Shown here: positions 1 through 9,036 of the stretch, piece after piece
Position numbering within the stretch: position 1 is the stretch's first letter
How the letters are laid out: each line of letters begins with the position of its first letter
Source of the DNA: Candidatus Sumerlaeia bacterium
GTDB taxonomy: Bacteria > Sumerlaeota > Sumerlaeia > SLMS01
DNA: 21,476 nt
Direction of reading: 5' to 3'
NCBI GenBank assembly: GCA_038208905.1
Contig: JBBQYG010000058.1
Location: 1 to 21,476 of the forward strand
Position numbers and translations under genes: made by a program
Notes under the pieces: generated by a model
Databases searched by the model: none
The model's input: only the letters and a program-made list of their open reading frames with translations
What the model was told of the DNA's origin: nothing

Positions 1-462
1 CGTCAGGCCGTAATCGCCGGATCGGTGTGGATCGGGATTCCGGCGGGCGCGCGCAATCCCGAGGCGGCGTGGGAGTTCATCAAGTTCTATGCGTCTGCGC
101 CGGTGCAGGCCCGCAACGCTCGCTTTGCGGCGGAGATGGACCTCGCGGCTTTCTTCCCCGCCAATATTCAGGCCGCCAATAGTGGGTTCCAACAATCGCT
201 CCCCCACATGGATGTCTTTGTAGACAGTATGGCGTTCGCGCATCCCAGCACCGTGGTTCCGCTGGCACACACACAGTTCTGGCGAGCGTATCAGACGGCG
301 TGGGATGGCGTCATGCGCGGGCAGATTCCCGCGAAAGAGGCGTTGATGCAGGCCGAGCGCGAGGTGCAGCGCGCGCTGGATCAGCAACTGGAGTACAATC
401 GGTTCTATGCCGATCATCTGGATCGGCGCGAAACTGCACGCGCAAAGACAGGGGGGAAATAG
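1..462 (+). CDS. Carbohydrate ABC transporter solute-binding protein, C-terminal part (5' truncated by window edge)
   Basis: Frame open from base 1; 'WIGIPAGARNPEAAWEFIKF' and 'GQIPAKEALMQAEREVQRAL' are typical SBP family 1 C-terminal segments; directly upstream of two sugar permeases. Confidence 0.88.
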   Translation, partial: RQAVIAGSVWIGIPAGARNPEAAWEFIKFYASAPVQARNARFAAEMDLAAFFPANIQAANSGFQQSLPHMDVFVDSMAFAHPSTVVPLAHTQFWRAYQTAWDGVMRGQIPAKEALMQAEREVQRALDQQLEYNRFYADHLDRRETARAKTGGK

Positions 463-463
463 C

Positions 464-1390
464 ATGGCCGCCCACCCCTCGCGCGCGCACGGCCTGGCGA
501 CGTGGATCAATCGCCGGGAGTGGCTTGTCGGCTATCTCTTTGCTTCCCCCTGGCTGCTGGGATTCCTGATCTTCTCCCTCGTGCCGATTCTGCTCTCGTT
601 CTACTATAGTTTCTGCAAGTACGATGTCCTGCGCCCGCCGATGTTCGTGGGGCTCGATAACTATCGCTACCTCTTCATGGAATCGCCGCGCTTCCTCACG
701 GCCATTGCCAACACGCTCTACTACACCGCGGTGAGGCTGCCGCTGATGATGGTGGGATCGCTGGCGCTGGCGATGCTGCTGGCGCGGCCGATGCCGGGGA
801 TCGGGCTGGCGCGGACGATCTACTACATGCCGTCGATCGTATCGGGTGTGGCGCTCTCGATCATTTGGCTATGGATGTTCAACCCCCAGTTCGGGTTGAT
901 CAACCGCTCGCTGGCGATCTTTGGGGTGCCGGGGCCTCTTTGGCTGGAGAGCCCAAACTGGTCCAAGGAGGCGATCATCCTCATGGGCATCTGGTCGCTG
1001 GGCGGAGGGCGCATGGTGGTGCTGATCGCGGGGATCAACGCGATACCCAACCAGCTCTACGAGGCTGCGCGGGTCGATGGCGCCAACCGGTGGCAGCAAC
1101 TTCGACACATCACGCTCCCCCAGCTTTCGGGTCCCCTTTTCCTGCTGACCATCGTGGAGGTAATCACCTCGTTCCAGGTCTTCACAGAGGCCTACTTGAT
1201 GACGCGCGGAGGCCCGCTGAACTCCTCGCTCTTCTACAATCTGGAGCTGTATTTCGTGGCCTTTCAGGACTATGACATGGGACTGGCGTCGGCGATGGCG
1301 TGGATTCTCTTCGCAGCCACGATGATTGTCACGTTCCTGCTCTTTGCCGCTTCGCGCCGACTCGTGTACTATGAATCGGGGAAGCCGTGA
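464..1390 (+). CDS. Carbohydrate ABC transporter permease (MalF/UgpA-like)
   Basis: 'GYLFASPWLLGFLIF', 'FVGLDNY', EAA loop 'LYEAARVDGANRWQQLRHITLP', 'MGLASAMAWILF'; ATG at 464, 1 nt after the upstream stop, preceded by a G-rich RBS. Confidence 0.95.
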   Translation: MAAHPSRAHGLATWINRREWLVGYLFASPWLLGFLIFSLVPILLSFYYSFCKYDVLRPPMFVGLDNYRYLFMESPRFLTAIANTLYYTAVRLPLMMVGSLALAMLLARPMPGIGLARTIYYMPSIVSGVALSIIWLWMFNPQFGLINRSLAIFGVPGPLWLESPNWSKEAIILMGIWSLGGGRMVVLIAGINAIPNQLYEAARVDGANRWQQLRHITLPQLSGPLFLLTIVEVITSFQVFTEAYLMTRGGPLNSSLFYNLELYFVAFQDYDMGLASAMAWILFAATMIVTFLLFAASRRLVYYESGKP

Positions 1391-2217
1391 CGATCGCGCG
1401 ACGCACCGCGGAATATGTGGCCCACCAGGCGACGATCTGGGTTGGCGCGCTGTTGCTTGTGATTCCGTTCCTGTGGATGATCAGCACGTCGCTGAAGCCG
1501 TCGGCGGAGATTTTTTCTCCCACATGGCTGCCCTCCACGATTGAGTGGGGCAACTATACGCGCGCACTGACAGAGATTCCCGTGCTGCTCTATGCCCGCA
1601 ACACGGTGTTCATCACCATCCTCTGCATCGTGGGCTATCTGGTGTCGGGCTCCATGGTCGCGTATGCATTTTCCCGCCTGCGCTGGCCGGGGCGCGACGC
1701 GTGGTTTCTGGTGATGCTCTCCACGATGATGCTTCCGCCACAGGTTACAATCGTGCCGTCGTTTGTGATCTTTCGCCAGTTGGGCTGGATCAACACCTAC
1801 TATCCGCTGATCGTTCCCGCATTCCTCAGTGGGTGGCCATTCTTCATCTTCCTGATGCGCCAGTTCTTCCTTACGATTCCCCAGGACCTGGCGGAGGCGG
1901 CCAAGATCGACGGAGCCAGCCACTTCATGGTCTATCGCACCATCATGCTGCCGCTGGCCAAGCCGGCGCTGGCCACCGTGGCGATCTTTGCCTTCTTCCT
2001 GCATTGGAACGATTTCTTTGGCCCGTTGATCTACCTGACGGAGGACAGCAAGTTCACGCTGGCCCTTGGCCTGATGACCTTTGCGGCGAAACACCAGAAC
2101 GAGTGGAGCCAGCTCATGGCGGTCTCCATCGTCATGCTGCTGCCGTCGCTGGTGGTGTTCTTCCTCTGCCAGCGGTACTTCGTGGAAGGAATTGCAACCA
2201 CGGGGAGCAAGGGATAG
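1387..2217 (+). CDS. Carbohydrate ABC transporter permease (MalG/UgpE-like)
   Basis: 'PFLWMISTSLK', EAA loop 'LAEAAKIDGAS', 'WNDFFGPLIYL', 'QRYFVEGIATTGSKG'; GTGA start/stop overlap with the previous gene. Confidence 0.95.
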   Translation: MTIARRTAEYVAHQATIWVGALLLVIPFLWMISTSLKPSAEIFSPTWLPSTIEWGNYTRALTEIPVLLYARNTVFITILCIVGYLVSGSMVAYAFSRLRWPGRDAWFLVMLSTMMLPPQVTIVPSFVIFRQLGWINTYYPLIVPAFLSGWPFFIFLMRQFFLTIPQDLAEAAKIDGASHFMVYRTIMLPLAKPALATVAIFAFFLHWNDFFGPLIYLTEDSKFTLALGLMTFAAKHQNEWSQLMAVSIVMLLPSLVVFFLCQRYFVEGIATTGSKG

Positions 2218-2218
2218 C

Positions 2219-3895
2219 ATGGCGCGCCTTCTTGTATATATGCATGTGTTGCTGGTGGCCGCCGCGGTTTCGCTGGTAGGCGCGCAACCGGTGGTTCCGA
2301 TCCCTGCCAGCGAGATTACCGCATCCGCATCGTCATCATTCATACCATCACTCACCGGTCCATCGCTGACCATCGATGGATCGGGACTATCGGGCGACCT
2401 GCACGACGCGAGCTCCAACGGAGCCACCATGTGGCTTTCCGCCAGTGGCGGCGGAGGAAGTGGGACCAACAATCCTGCGGGTATCCCGGGGCCCGCTTGG
2501 TTGCGCTATCAGTTCGCAAATCCGACGGAACTGTCGGAGTTGTGGGTGTGGAATCATAACCAGGCAAACTTGACCGACCGTGGATTGCGGCGTGTGACAC
2601 TGCATGCGCGTGTCACCGGTGGCGCGTGGACCAGCCTTGGCGACCGCGTTCTGACACGCGCGCCGGGGACGCCGGGCTATGGCCCCGGCGACGTGATCGC
2701 CCTCGGTGGTATCGTCGCGACAGAGCTACTGATTTCGAGCGCGCCGGTGGAGGGGAACTATGGCTCGGCGTTCTTCGGTCTTTCGGAGGTGCGCTTTCTG
2801 GGGCGACCATCGGGATGCTGGCCGACGTCGTTTCCGCTGGGCCTTGTCTCGGTCACCCTCGACGAGTCCCTATCGGGGATGCTCGCGGCGCAGCTGGTTG
2901 GATGGCTGGGCTCCGACGTGGCCAAGAGCGTGCGTCTGGACGAGAATCGCCTGGTGTGGTTCTTCGGAGATACGTTCATCGGCGCGATCGTGGACGGAAA
3001 GCGGCAGGCTGACGCGCGCTTCATCAACAACAGCATCGCCATTCAGGATCTGTCACAGCCGGCGGGATTGCAGTTCACGTATCACTGGGGCGCGGCAGAC
3101 ACATCCTTCTTTCCCCACCAGCCGGGCACGCCGGGAACGCTCTACTGGCCCACGTCGGGATTCATGTTTGGCGGGGAGCTCTTCATTTTCTGCTATTCCG
3201 TAGCCAGTGGATTGAACGTGGAGAACGCCACGCTGATCCGCGTGGCCAATCCCCTGGAGCACCCCGCCGATTGGCAATGGCAGGCTGTCGATTACGGCGT
3301 CGGTGGGCCGAGTCTCGGGTTTCATACGGGCTTCCACATCGAGGGCGATACGATCCTGGCGCTCGGCTATCAGGATCAACCGGGTGCTCGCGCGGCGGTG
3401 CTGGCGCGCATGAGCGGCGCCGCGCTCCTTGCCGGCGCTCTCGGCGAAGCTCTGGAGTATTGGGTGGAGACACCCGATGGTCCGGGATGGAGCGACAGTC
3501 CCGCCGGATTGATCCCCCTCTTCCGTCCCGGTGTGACCGAGAGCGATGTGCAGTACCTTCCCGAGTTTGGAATGTTTGTCAGCACCTCCTACAATCCCTT
3601 CGTCGGGCGCATCAACCTGGTCTTTGCCGAGCAACTCACCGGACCGTGGTCAGGTCCGTTCTGCCTATACGACATTCCCGAGTTTATCGGGGGTCCCGCC
3701 GACATCATCGCCTATGCGGCGCGCCCGCATGCTGAGCTTCCACGCGCAACCGGCGAGATCGTGCTTAGCTATGCGACCAACACCTTTGGCTCCATCTCAC
3801 CCCTCTTTACCGAGGCGGGGCTCGGTCTTTATGTGCCACGGATTATTCGTGTCCAGCTTGAAATGCGGGGGAACGAATCATGGTTGCTTTACTGA
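2219..3895 (+). CDS. Secreted DUF5005/DUF4185-like beta-propeller putative glycoside hydrolase with N-terminal discoidin/F5-8-like domain (558 aa)
   Basis: Signal peptide MARLLVYMHVLLVAAAVSLVGA; discoidin-like 'TIDGSGL..MWLS..WLRYQF..LWVWNHN..GLSEVRF'; propeller motifs 'GSDVAKS..WFFGDTF', 'INNSIAI', 'YWP', 'PGVTES', 'GPWS', 'YVPR'. Confidence 0.75.
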   Translation: MARLLVYMHVLLVAAAVSLVGAQPVVPIPASEITASASSSFIPSLTGPSLTIDGSGLSGDLHDASSNGATMWLSASGGGGSGTNNPAGIPGPAWLRYQFANPTELSELWVWNHNQANLTDRGLRRVTLHARVTGGAWTSLGDRVLTRAPGTPGYGPGDVIALGGIVATELLISSAPVEGNYGSAFFGLSEVRFLGRPSGCWPTSFPLGLVSVTLDESLSGMLAAQLVGWLGSDVAKSVRLDENRLVWFFGDTFIGAIVDGKRQADARFINNSIAIQDLSQPAGLQFTYHWGAADTSFFPHQPGTPGTLYWPTSGFMFGGELFIFCYSVASGLNVENATLIRVANPLEHPADWQWQAVDYGVGGPSLGFHTGFHIEGDTILALGYQDQPGARAAVLARMSGAALLAGALGEALEYWVETPDGPGWSDSPAGLIPLFRPGVTESDVQYLPEFGMFVSTSYNPFVGRINLVFAEQLTGPWSGPFCLYDIPEFIGGPADIIAYAARPHAELPRATGEIVLSYATNTFGSISPLFTEAGLGLYVPRIIRVQLEMRGNESWLLY

Positions 3896-3920
3896 TATCC
3901 CATGTGGAGGCGACCAGGCC

Positions 3921-5003
3921 ATGAGCCCTCTGCTCCGCGTTGAGTCCGCCGAGGATCTCGGTCCGCAGTTTGTCAACAATCCCAACGGAATGGTGGGGCT
4001 GGATGGCGCCTACTCGATTCCCCTGCGCTATGGCGGAGCGTTGTGGTACTTTGGCGACACACTGATTGGCCGGCGCACAGCGGGCGAGAGCCTGTGGTAT
4101 CCGGGCGGCGTCCAGATCGCCGCGTATGACATGTCGGGCCATCATGGAATCGACCTCCTGCGCACAAACACCGGCGCGATGGTTCCGGCACAGGACGCCT
4201 CTCGCGGCATTCGGCAATGGAGCCACATCATCGATGGCGATGGCGATATCCGCCAACTGGTGCCGCACCTTGAGAGTGAAGATCGCGACGAGTATCGCGT
4301 GTGGTGCCTGCACGGCATCCAGGTTGATGGCGTAATCCACCTATACTACATGGTGGTGCATATGCTGGACAGCGGGCCGATGCCGGTGAACTTCGAGATT
4401 GTTGGATGCGGCCTTGCGCAGGGCGCGCCATCGGGGTGGTCGTTTCTGCGCATCCCCGCGCGCGACGGGATACTCTGGTGGCCCGCAAGCCAGCCGCAGT
4501 TCGGCTCTGCCGTGATTGATGGTCGCGACGGATTCCTCTATGTCTATGGCGTTAGCCGGGGCGATGACGGTGTCCAGAGAGCCTGTGTGGCGCGCGTGAG
4601 GCCGCAGAGCCTAACGGATCATGGAGCCTATGAGTATCTCGAGCATGGGCCCGCGAAATGGTCACCCCGTGTTGAGGATGCGATTGCCGTGATGACGGGG
4701 ATGCCCAATGAAATGTCGGTCAGTTGGAATGCTCATTTGGGATGCTGGCTTGCGGTACACTCGCTGGATCTTTCCGGCGCCATCGTGGGCCGCACCGCGC
4801 CCAAGCCATGGGGACCGTGGAGCGAACCCGTGACACTGTGGCAAGTGACGCCCCCGAGTCGCGACTACCCGGTGCCCTATGGGTCCCTGATCTATGCGGG
4901 AAAGGAACATCCCGAGCTGTCACCCGATGGCCGAACGCTGTTCCTGACCTATGTGGAGTTCGAGGAGTACTTTCCACACCTTGTCATGATCCGGCTGGAA
5001 TAG
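3921..5003 (+). CDS. DUF4185/DUF5005-like beta-propeller putative glycoside hydrolase, no signal peptide (360 aa)
   Basis: GGAGG RBS at 3906-3910; motifs 'GLDGAYSIPL..LWYFGDTL', 'DGFLYVYG', 'NEMSVSWN', 'APKPWGPWSEP', 'YAGKEHPE'. Confidence 0.78.
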   Translation: MSPLLRVESAEDLGPQFVNNPNGMVGLDGAYSIPLRYGGALWYFGDTLIGRRTAGESLWYPGGVQIAAYDMSGHHGIDLLRTNTGAMVPAQDASRGIRQWSHIIDGDGDIRQLVPHLESEDRDEYRVWCLHGIQVDGVIHLYYMVVHMLDSGPMPVNFEIVGCGLAQGAPSGWSFLRIPARDGILWWPASQPQFGSAVIDGRDGFLYVYGVSRGDDGVQRACVARVRPQSLTDHGAYEYLEHGPAKWSPRVEDAIAVMTGMPNEMSVSWNAHLGCWLAVHSLDLSGAIVGRTAPKPWGPWSEPVTLWQVTPPSRDYPVPYGSLIYAGKEHPELSPDGRTLFLTYVEFEEYFPHLVMIRLE

Positions 5004-5005
5004 GA

Positions 5006-6781
5006 ATGACCGCCTCCCCGCCCGCGACCGCCCCCACCGTTCGCCACCCGCCCGAGGCGATCTGGTGGCTTGCCATTGCGTTGCTGCACGTGGTCGCGGT
5101 GCAGTTTTTGGCGGAGCGGCTTGCCTTTGCCTGGATGTATATACCGCTTTGCATTGCCGCATGGCTGGCCGCGCGGCGCGGACTATTCGGAATTGATCTG
5201 CCGCTCTGCCTTGCGGGGGCGGCATGCTACCTGCTGGCAGAGCCCGCCACCGGATTCGGCTGGGCGATATTCCTACCATTTGCGGCTTTCATTCCGGTGA
5301 TTCGCCGCGCATCATCCGTGCGCGTGGCATTCGTCAAGGGTCTTTGGACGGGATTCATCATCGCCAGCGGAATCTATGGGTGGATCTGGCCAACCGCTGC
5401 CCGGTTCCTGGATGCGGGCGTCCTGCGCGTGGTACCAATCTACATGGCTGTGTCACTCCTGATCGCGGTGCAGATCGCCGCGTTCTTTGCCCTCGCGGCG
5501 CTTCTGAGTTTGCGTTCTCGCCTGTCACTGCCGCTGGTGATTCCGCCTGTGTATACCGTGTGCGAGTACTGGCTTTCGCTCCCGATGGGGATTCCCCTCC
5601 CTCTCGCCTTTGCCTTTCACCCGGTTTGGATACAGACTCTCGACCTGGCGGGCGTCGCCGGTACCACACTCCTGATTGTGTGTTGCGGCGTGGCCATCTC
5701 TCACATGATCGAGCGAATTCTGCAACGCGATCGCGCCGGGGCGTTGCGCGGCGCCGCGGTGGTGTCGGGGTTGCTGATCCTTCAACTTTCCTATGGCGCG
5801 CTGCGCATGGGGCGGGGGGACGACGATGCGGCAGGCATATCGTTCCGCATCGTCCAGCCCGTGTCTCCGCTGCGCGTCCCCAACTCCGCGGTGGCACTGC
5901 AGAACCAGATTGCCGATCGCCTGGTGAAGCTATCAAACCCGCCGGATTCGGCGCCGGTGGACGTGATCGTCTGGCCAGAGGGCGCGGCGTCGTTCTCTCC
6001 CACATCGCCTTCCTTCAATGCGCCATACTTCCGGGCGATGCGGGAATCACAAGAGGCGACCTCCGCAACCATCGTTGCCCACGGGGTTGACTTCGAGCGG
6101 CAGCGCGCGGGGGGGAAGGTGCAGTACCGCAGCGCCATCTTTGCTGTGAAGCCGTCTGGCACGATTTCCGGCGTCTATCACAAGCGTGCGCTCATGCCGA
6201 TCGGCGAGTACCTGCCGATGGAGTCCACCTTTCCAATCCTTCGACGCATGTTTCCAGAGGCGCGCAGCATCATCAGCGGCGACGGCGAGTTCCGCCCGCT
6301 GGAGCTCGGCGAAACGGCGATCGCGCCGGTGATCTGCTATGAGGTACTTTTCCCGGCGTCAGTCTCGAAGCTCTGTCGCGCGGGGGCGGGAATCATCGTG
6401 GTGCTGACCAACGACCGATGGTACGGCCTGCGCCAGCAGCCGCCCCAGCACATGGCGTTCGCGATTCTGCGCGCGATCGAGAATCGCCGCCCCGTCGTGC
6501 GCGGCGCCCATTCGGGAATCAGCGCCTTCATCGAGTCCGATGGCCGCGTCCTCCCCGGAAGATCCACGGTTGTGGAGGAGGTCACAAGCCTCACTGGAAT
6601 CGTCTCGCCGGGAGCACAGTTCAGTGTCTATACACGAACTGGGGACGCGATGGTACGCTACCTGATGACGCCAGTCGTCGCCGTGATGTTGCTGTGGGGC
6701 TGGCGCCGTCGCGCGGACCCTCCGATTGAGTCAACCAGATCCAAACCAGGAAAGGCAGGTAAGAAGGCACATGGACGCTAA
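5006..6781 (+). CDS. lnt: Apolipoprotein N-acyltransferase (nitrilase fold, membrane-embedded)
   Basis: Multiple N-terminal hydrophobic segments; catalytic E-K-C motifs 'VWPEGA', 'YHKRALMPIGEYLP', 'ICYEVLFP'; also 'TNDRWYG' and 'RAIENRRPVVRGAHSGISAFI'. Confidence 0.9.
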   Translation: MTASPPATAPTVRHPPEAIWWLAIALLHVVAVQFLAERLAFAWMYIPLCIAAWLAARRGLFGIDLPLCLAGAACYLLAEPATGFGWAIFLPFAAFIPVIRRASSVRVAFVKGLWTGFIIASGIYGWIWPTAARFLDAGVLRVVPIYMAVSLLIAVQIAAFFALAALLSLRSRLSLPLVIPPVYTVCEYWLSLPMGIPLPLAFAFHPVWIQTLDLAGVAGTTLLIVCCGVAISHMIERILQRDRAGALRGAAVVSGLLILQLSYGALRMGRGDDDAAGISFRIVQPVSPLRVPNSAVALQNQIADRLVKLSNPPDSAPVDVIVWPEGAASFSPTSPSFNAPYFRAMRESQEATSATIVAHGVDFERQRAGGKVQYRSAIFAVKPSGTISGVYHKRALMPIGEYLPMESTFPILRRMFPEARSIISGDGEFRPLELGETAIAPVICYEVLFPASVSKLCRAGAGIIVVLTNDRWYGLRQQPPQHMAFAILRAIENRRPVVRGAHSGISAFIESDGRVLPGRSTVVEEVTSLTGIVSPGAQFSVYTRTGDAMVRYLMTPVVAVMLLWGWRRRADPPIESTRSKPGKAGKKAHGR

Positions 6782-7919
6782 GACAGAAGTTCGCATGGGA
6801 ATCGCATTCCGACGCGGAGTCGCGATGGCTTTCCTGACCGCGCTGGCGCTCGTCGCGGCGGCACCGGGAACACTGGTTGCCCAGGCCACGCGCAACGAAG
6901 CGCTGGATGAATTGTTCAAGCCGCGCCAGCGCGGCTTTCTGGGGGCCGATGGCGCCGCATCGGTGTCGCTCCCCGGTGATCGCACGCTATGGGTCTTTGG
7001 CGACACCATCGTGGGAACGTTGCGCAACGGCAAGAAGGAGGGGCCCATGGTGCGCAACTCCATCGCCATTATGGATGCCAAACAGGGCGTGGAGTTCTTC
7101 TGGGATCTTTCCGATGGGATCATGGGCGACTTCTTCCAGCCACAGAACATCGAGGACCCGGCCTGGTATTGGCCCGGCACGGGAATCACCATTGATGGCA
7201 CACTCTACCTCTTTCTGTCGCGCATGGACAAGGGGGAGGGGCCCGCCGGCTTTGCCTTTCGCACTGTGGGGTGCACGCTATTTCGCGTCTCCAACCCCGG
7301 CGACACTCCACGAGCCTGGAAGATCGAGCGCGATGATCTTGGCCTCGGCAACGACCACTTCAACGTCAACGCGGCATGTTACCTGGAGGGCGATTACCTT
7401 TACCTGCTGGGGTATCACGACGGCCCAAACTCCAAGCCGATGGAGCGGCGGTCGATCCTTGGTCGCATCGAGAAGGCCAAGCTGGACGGGTCCGGCGTCG
7501 GGAAGGCGATTCGCTTTCACGCGGGCGATGACAAGTGGATAGCCGATCCCGCCGGTGCCACGTCGCTCTTTCGCCCCGGGCCGACGGAGACCGCCATTCA
7601 CTTCGATGCGAAGACGCGCAAGTACTACTGCCTCACCCTGGAGCCGTTCAAGGAGCACGTGTTGTTGACAGAAGCCCCAGCGATCACGGGGCCATGGTCG
7701 GAGCCGCGCCCGATCTTCACGATCGACGAAGTCGTGGCCGACCCCGATCTTATCCACGCATATACAACGCGCATCCACCCGATGCTCAGCAAGCCCGGCA
7801 CGCTCACCTTTTCCTATGTCACCAACACCAAGGACTTCTGGTCTGTCTTCAGCAGGATGGACGTTTATTTTCCCCGCTTTGTTGACTACCAACTGACAAC
7901 CGCGGCACCGGAGAACTGA
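6771..7919 (+). CDS. Secreted DUF5005/DUF4185-like beta-propeller putative glycoside hydrolase
   Basis: Signal-like 'FRRGVAMAFLTALALVAAAPGTLVAQA'; motifs 'GADGAASVSL..LWVFGDTI', 'MVRNSIAI', 'WYWPG', 'PGPTET', 'GPWSEP', 'YFPRF'; alternative start 6795; overlaps the lnt end by 11 nt. Confidence 0.78.
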   Translation: MDAKTEVRMGIAFRRGVAMAFLTALALVAAAPGTLVAQATRNEALDELFKPRQRGFLGADGAASVSLPGDRTLWVFGDTIVGTLRNGKKEGPMVRNSIAIMDAKQGVEFFWDLSDGIMGDFFQPQNIEDPAWYWPGTGITIDGTLYLFLSRMDKGEGPAGFAFRTVGCTLFRVSNPGDTPRAWKIERDDLGLGNDHFNVNAACYLEGDYLYLLGYHDGPNSKPMERRSILGRIEKAKLDGSGVGKAIRFHAGDDKWIADPAGATSLFRPGPTETAIHFDAKTRKYYCLTLEPFKEHVLLTEAPAITGPWSEPRPIFTIDEVVADPDLIHAYTTRIHPMLSKPGTLTFSYVTNTKDFWSVFSRMDVYFPRFVDYQLTTAAPEN

Positions 7920-7923
7920 GACA

Positions 7924-9036
7924 ATGAGCAGCATTGCGGCGGATAGCTGGCGTATCGAGGCGTTGCATTCCGGACTGCGCGTGCGTCCCGACCTGGAGGA
8001 TATCTTCCGCCCCCATGCCACGGGCTACATGGGGGCCGATGGGGCACTCTCGGTGCCGCTCCCCGATGGGCGGGTATTTTGGCTCTTTGGCGACACGCTG
8101 CTGGGTCGTTTTGTAGATGGTGTGCGGGTTCAAGACGCGATGCCGCGCAACACCGCCGCGATTCAATCGCCCGGTCCTGCAACGCCCGCCTCGATTCGCT
8201 GGCTGTTTCGCCCGGAGCGAAATGGCCTCAAGCCCTTCATCAGCCTGACGGACACCGACGAGGACCTCTGGTTCTGGCCGGGAACCAGTTTCGTCATCGG
8301 TGGCGAATTGTTCTTCCTTGGCTATGGCATTGCCGCGGGCGGTGGCCCGTTTGAGTCGCTATCATTCGTGCTCAAATGCCCGATGATGGCGCGAGTGCGC
8401 GACACGTCGGGCGATCCGATGAGCTGGCTGATCGAGACAACGATGATCGATGGCCTGCCCTCGGACCCGTGGTTCTGTTCCGGCTCGACTGTGGAGGGTG
8501 ACTGGGTGCATCTCGTCGGCGTGCACACCGGCGCTGACAAGCTGGGCATTCACGGCTCGCGAAGTGTTCTGGCGCGTGTTGCGGTTCGGGATCTCCTGCG
8601 CGATGGGTCGGGCGCGTCGTTGCACTTCTGGTGCGGAGACAAGGGTTGGACACCGCGGCACGCGGAGTGCGCCACGCTCTTTGCCCCGGGCGTCACCGAG
8701 TCCTCGATTTACCGCCACGCCGCGAGTGGGCGCTACTTCACCACCAGCTACGATGCGATGGAAGGGCTCTTCATGCTCTGCGCCGCCGACGCGATGGAAG
8801 GCCCTTGGCGCGGCCCGACAACGATCTTTCGCGTGCCGTTGGAGGCGGGCGACTATCGCACCATCGCCTATACACTGCGCATCCATCCCCACCTTTCGGG
8901 ATCGCCCGACGAGCTGGCGATGTCCTATGTTGTCAATACCTCGAGCCTGGAGAGCGTTCTCGCGCGCGCGGATCTTTACTTCCCTCGTTTCGTCAGCATC
9001 GACATTGGCGATTTTGTCACGGAGGTGACCTCGTGA
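7924..9036 (+). CDS. DUF5005/DUF4185-like beta-propeller putative glycoside hydrolase, no signal peptide (370 aa)
   Basis: Motifs 'GADGALSVPLPDGRVFWLFGDTL', 'MPRNTAAI', 'WFWPG', 'PGVTESS', 'GPW', 'YTLRIHPHL', 'YFPRF', collinear with the 6771 paralog. Confidence 0.78.
   Translation: MSSIAADSWRIEALHSGLRVRPDLEDIFRPHATGYMGADGALSVPLPDGRVFWLFGDTLLGRFVDGVRVQDAMPRNTAAIQSPGPATPASIRWLFRPERNGLKPFISLTDTDEDLWFWPGTSFVIGGELFFLGYGIAAGGGPFESLSFVLKCPMMARVRDTSGDPMSWLIETTMIDGLPSDPWFCSGSTVEGDWVHLVGVHTGADKLGIHGSRSVLARVAVRDLLRDGSGASLHFWCGDKGWTPRHAECATLFAPGVTESSIYRHAASGRYFTTSYDAMEGLFMLCAADAMEGPWRGPTTIFRVPLEAGDYRTIAYTLRIHPHLSGSPDELAMSYVVNTSSLESVLARADLYFPRFVSIDIGDFVTEVTS

Noticed and set aside
1369-2472. 367-aa - strand ORF and many similar Arg/Pro/Ala-rich overlapping ORFs across the window
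   Set aside because: They overlap well-supported genes and have the composition of off-frame GC-rich translation
8631-9032. Long N-terminal extensions in the ORF track (also the 407, 2081, 3546, 4724, 14154, 16509, 18649, 18963 and 19008 starts)
   Set aside because: They overlap neighbouring genes or regulatory regions; downstream starts with RBS or stop/start coupling fit better
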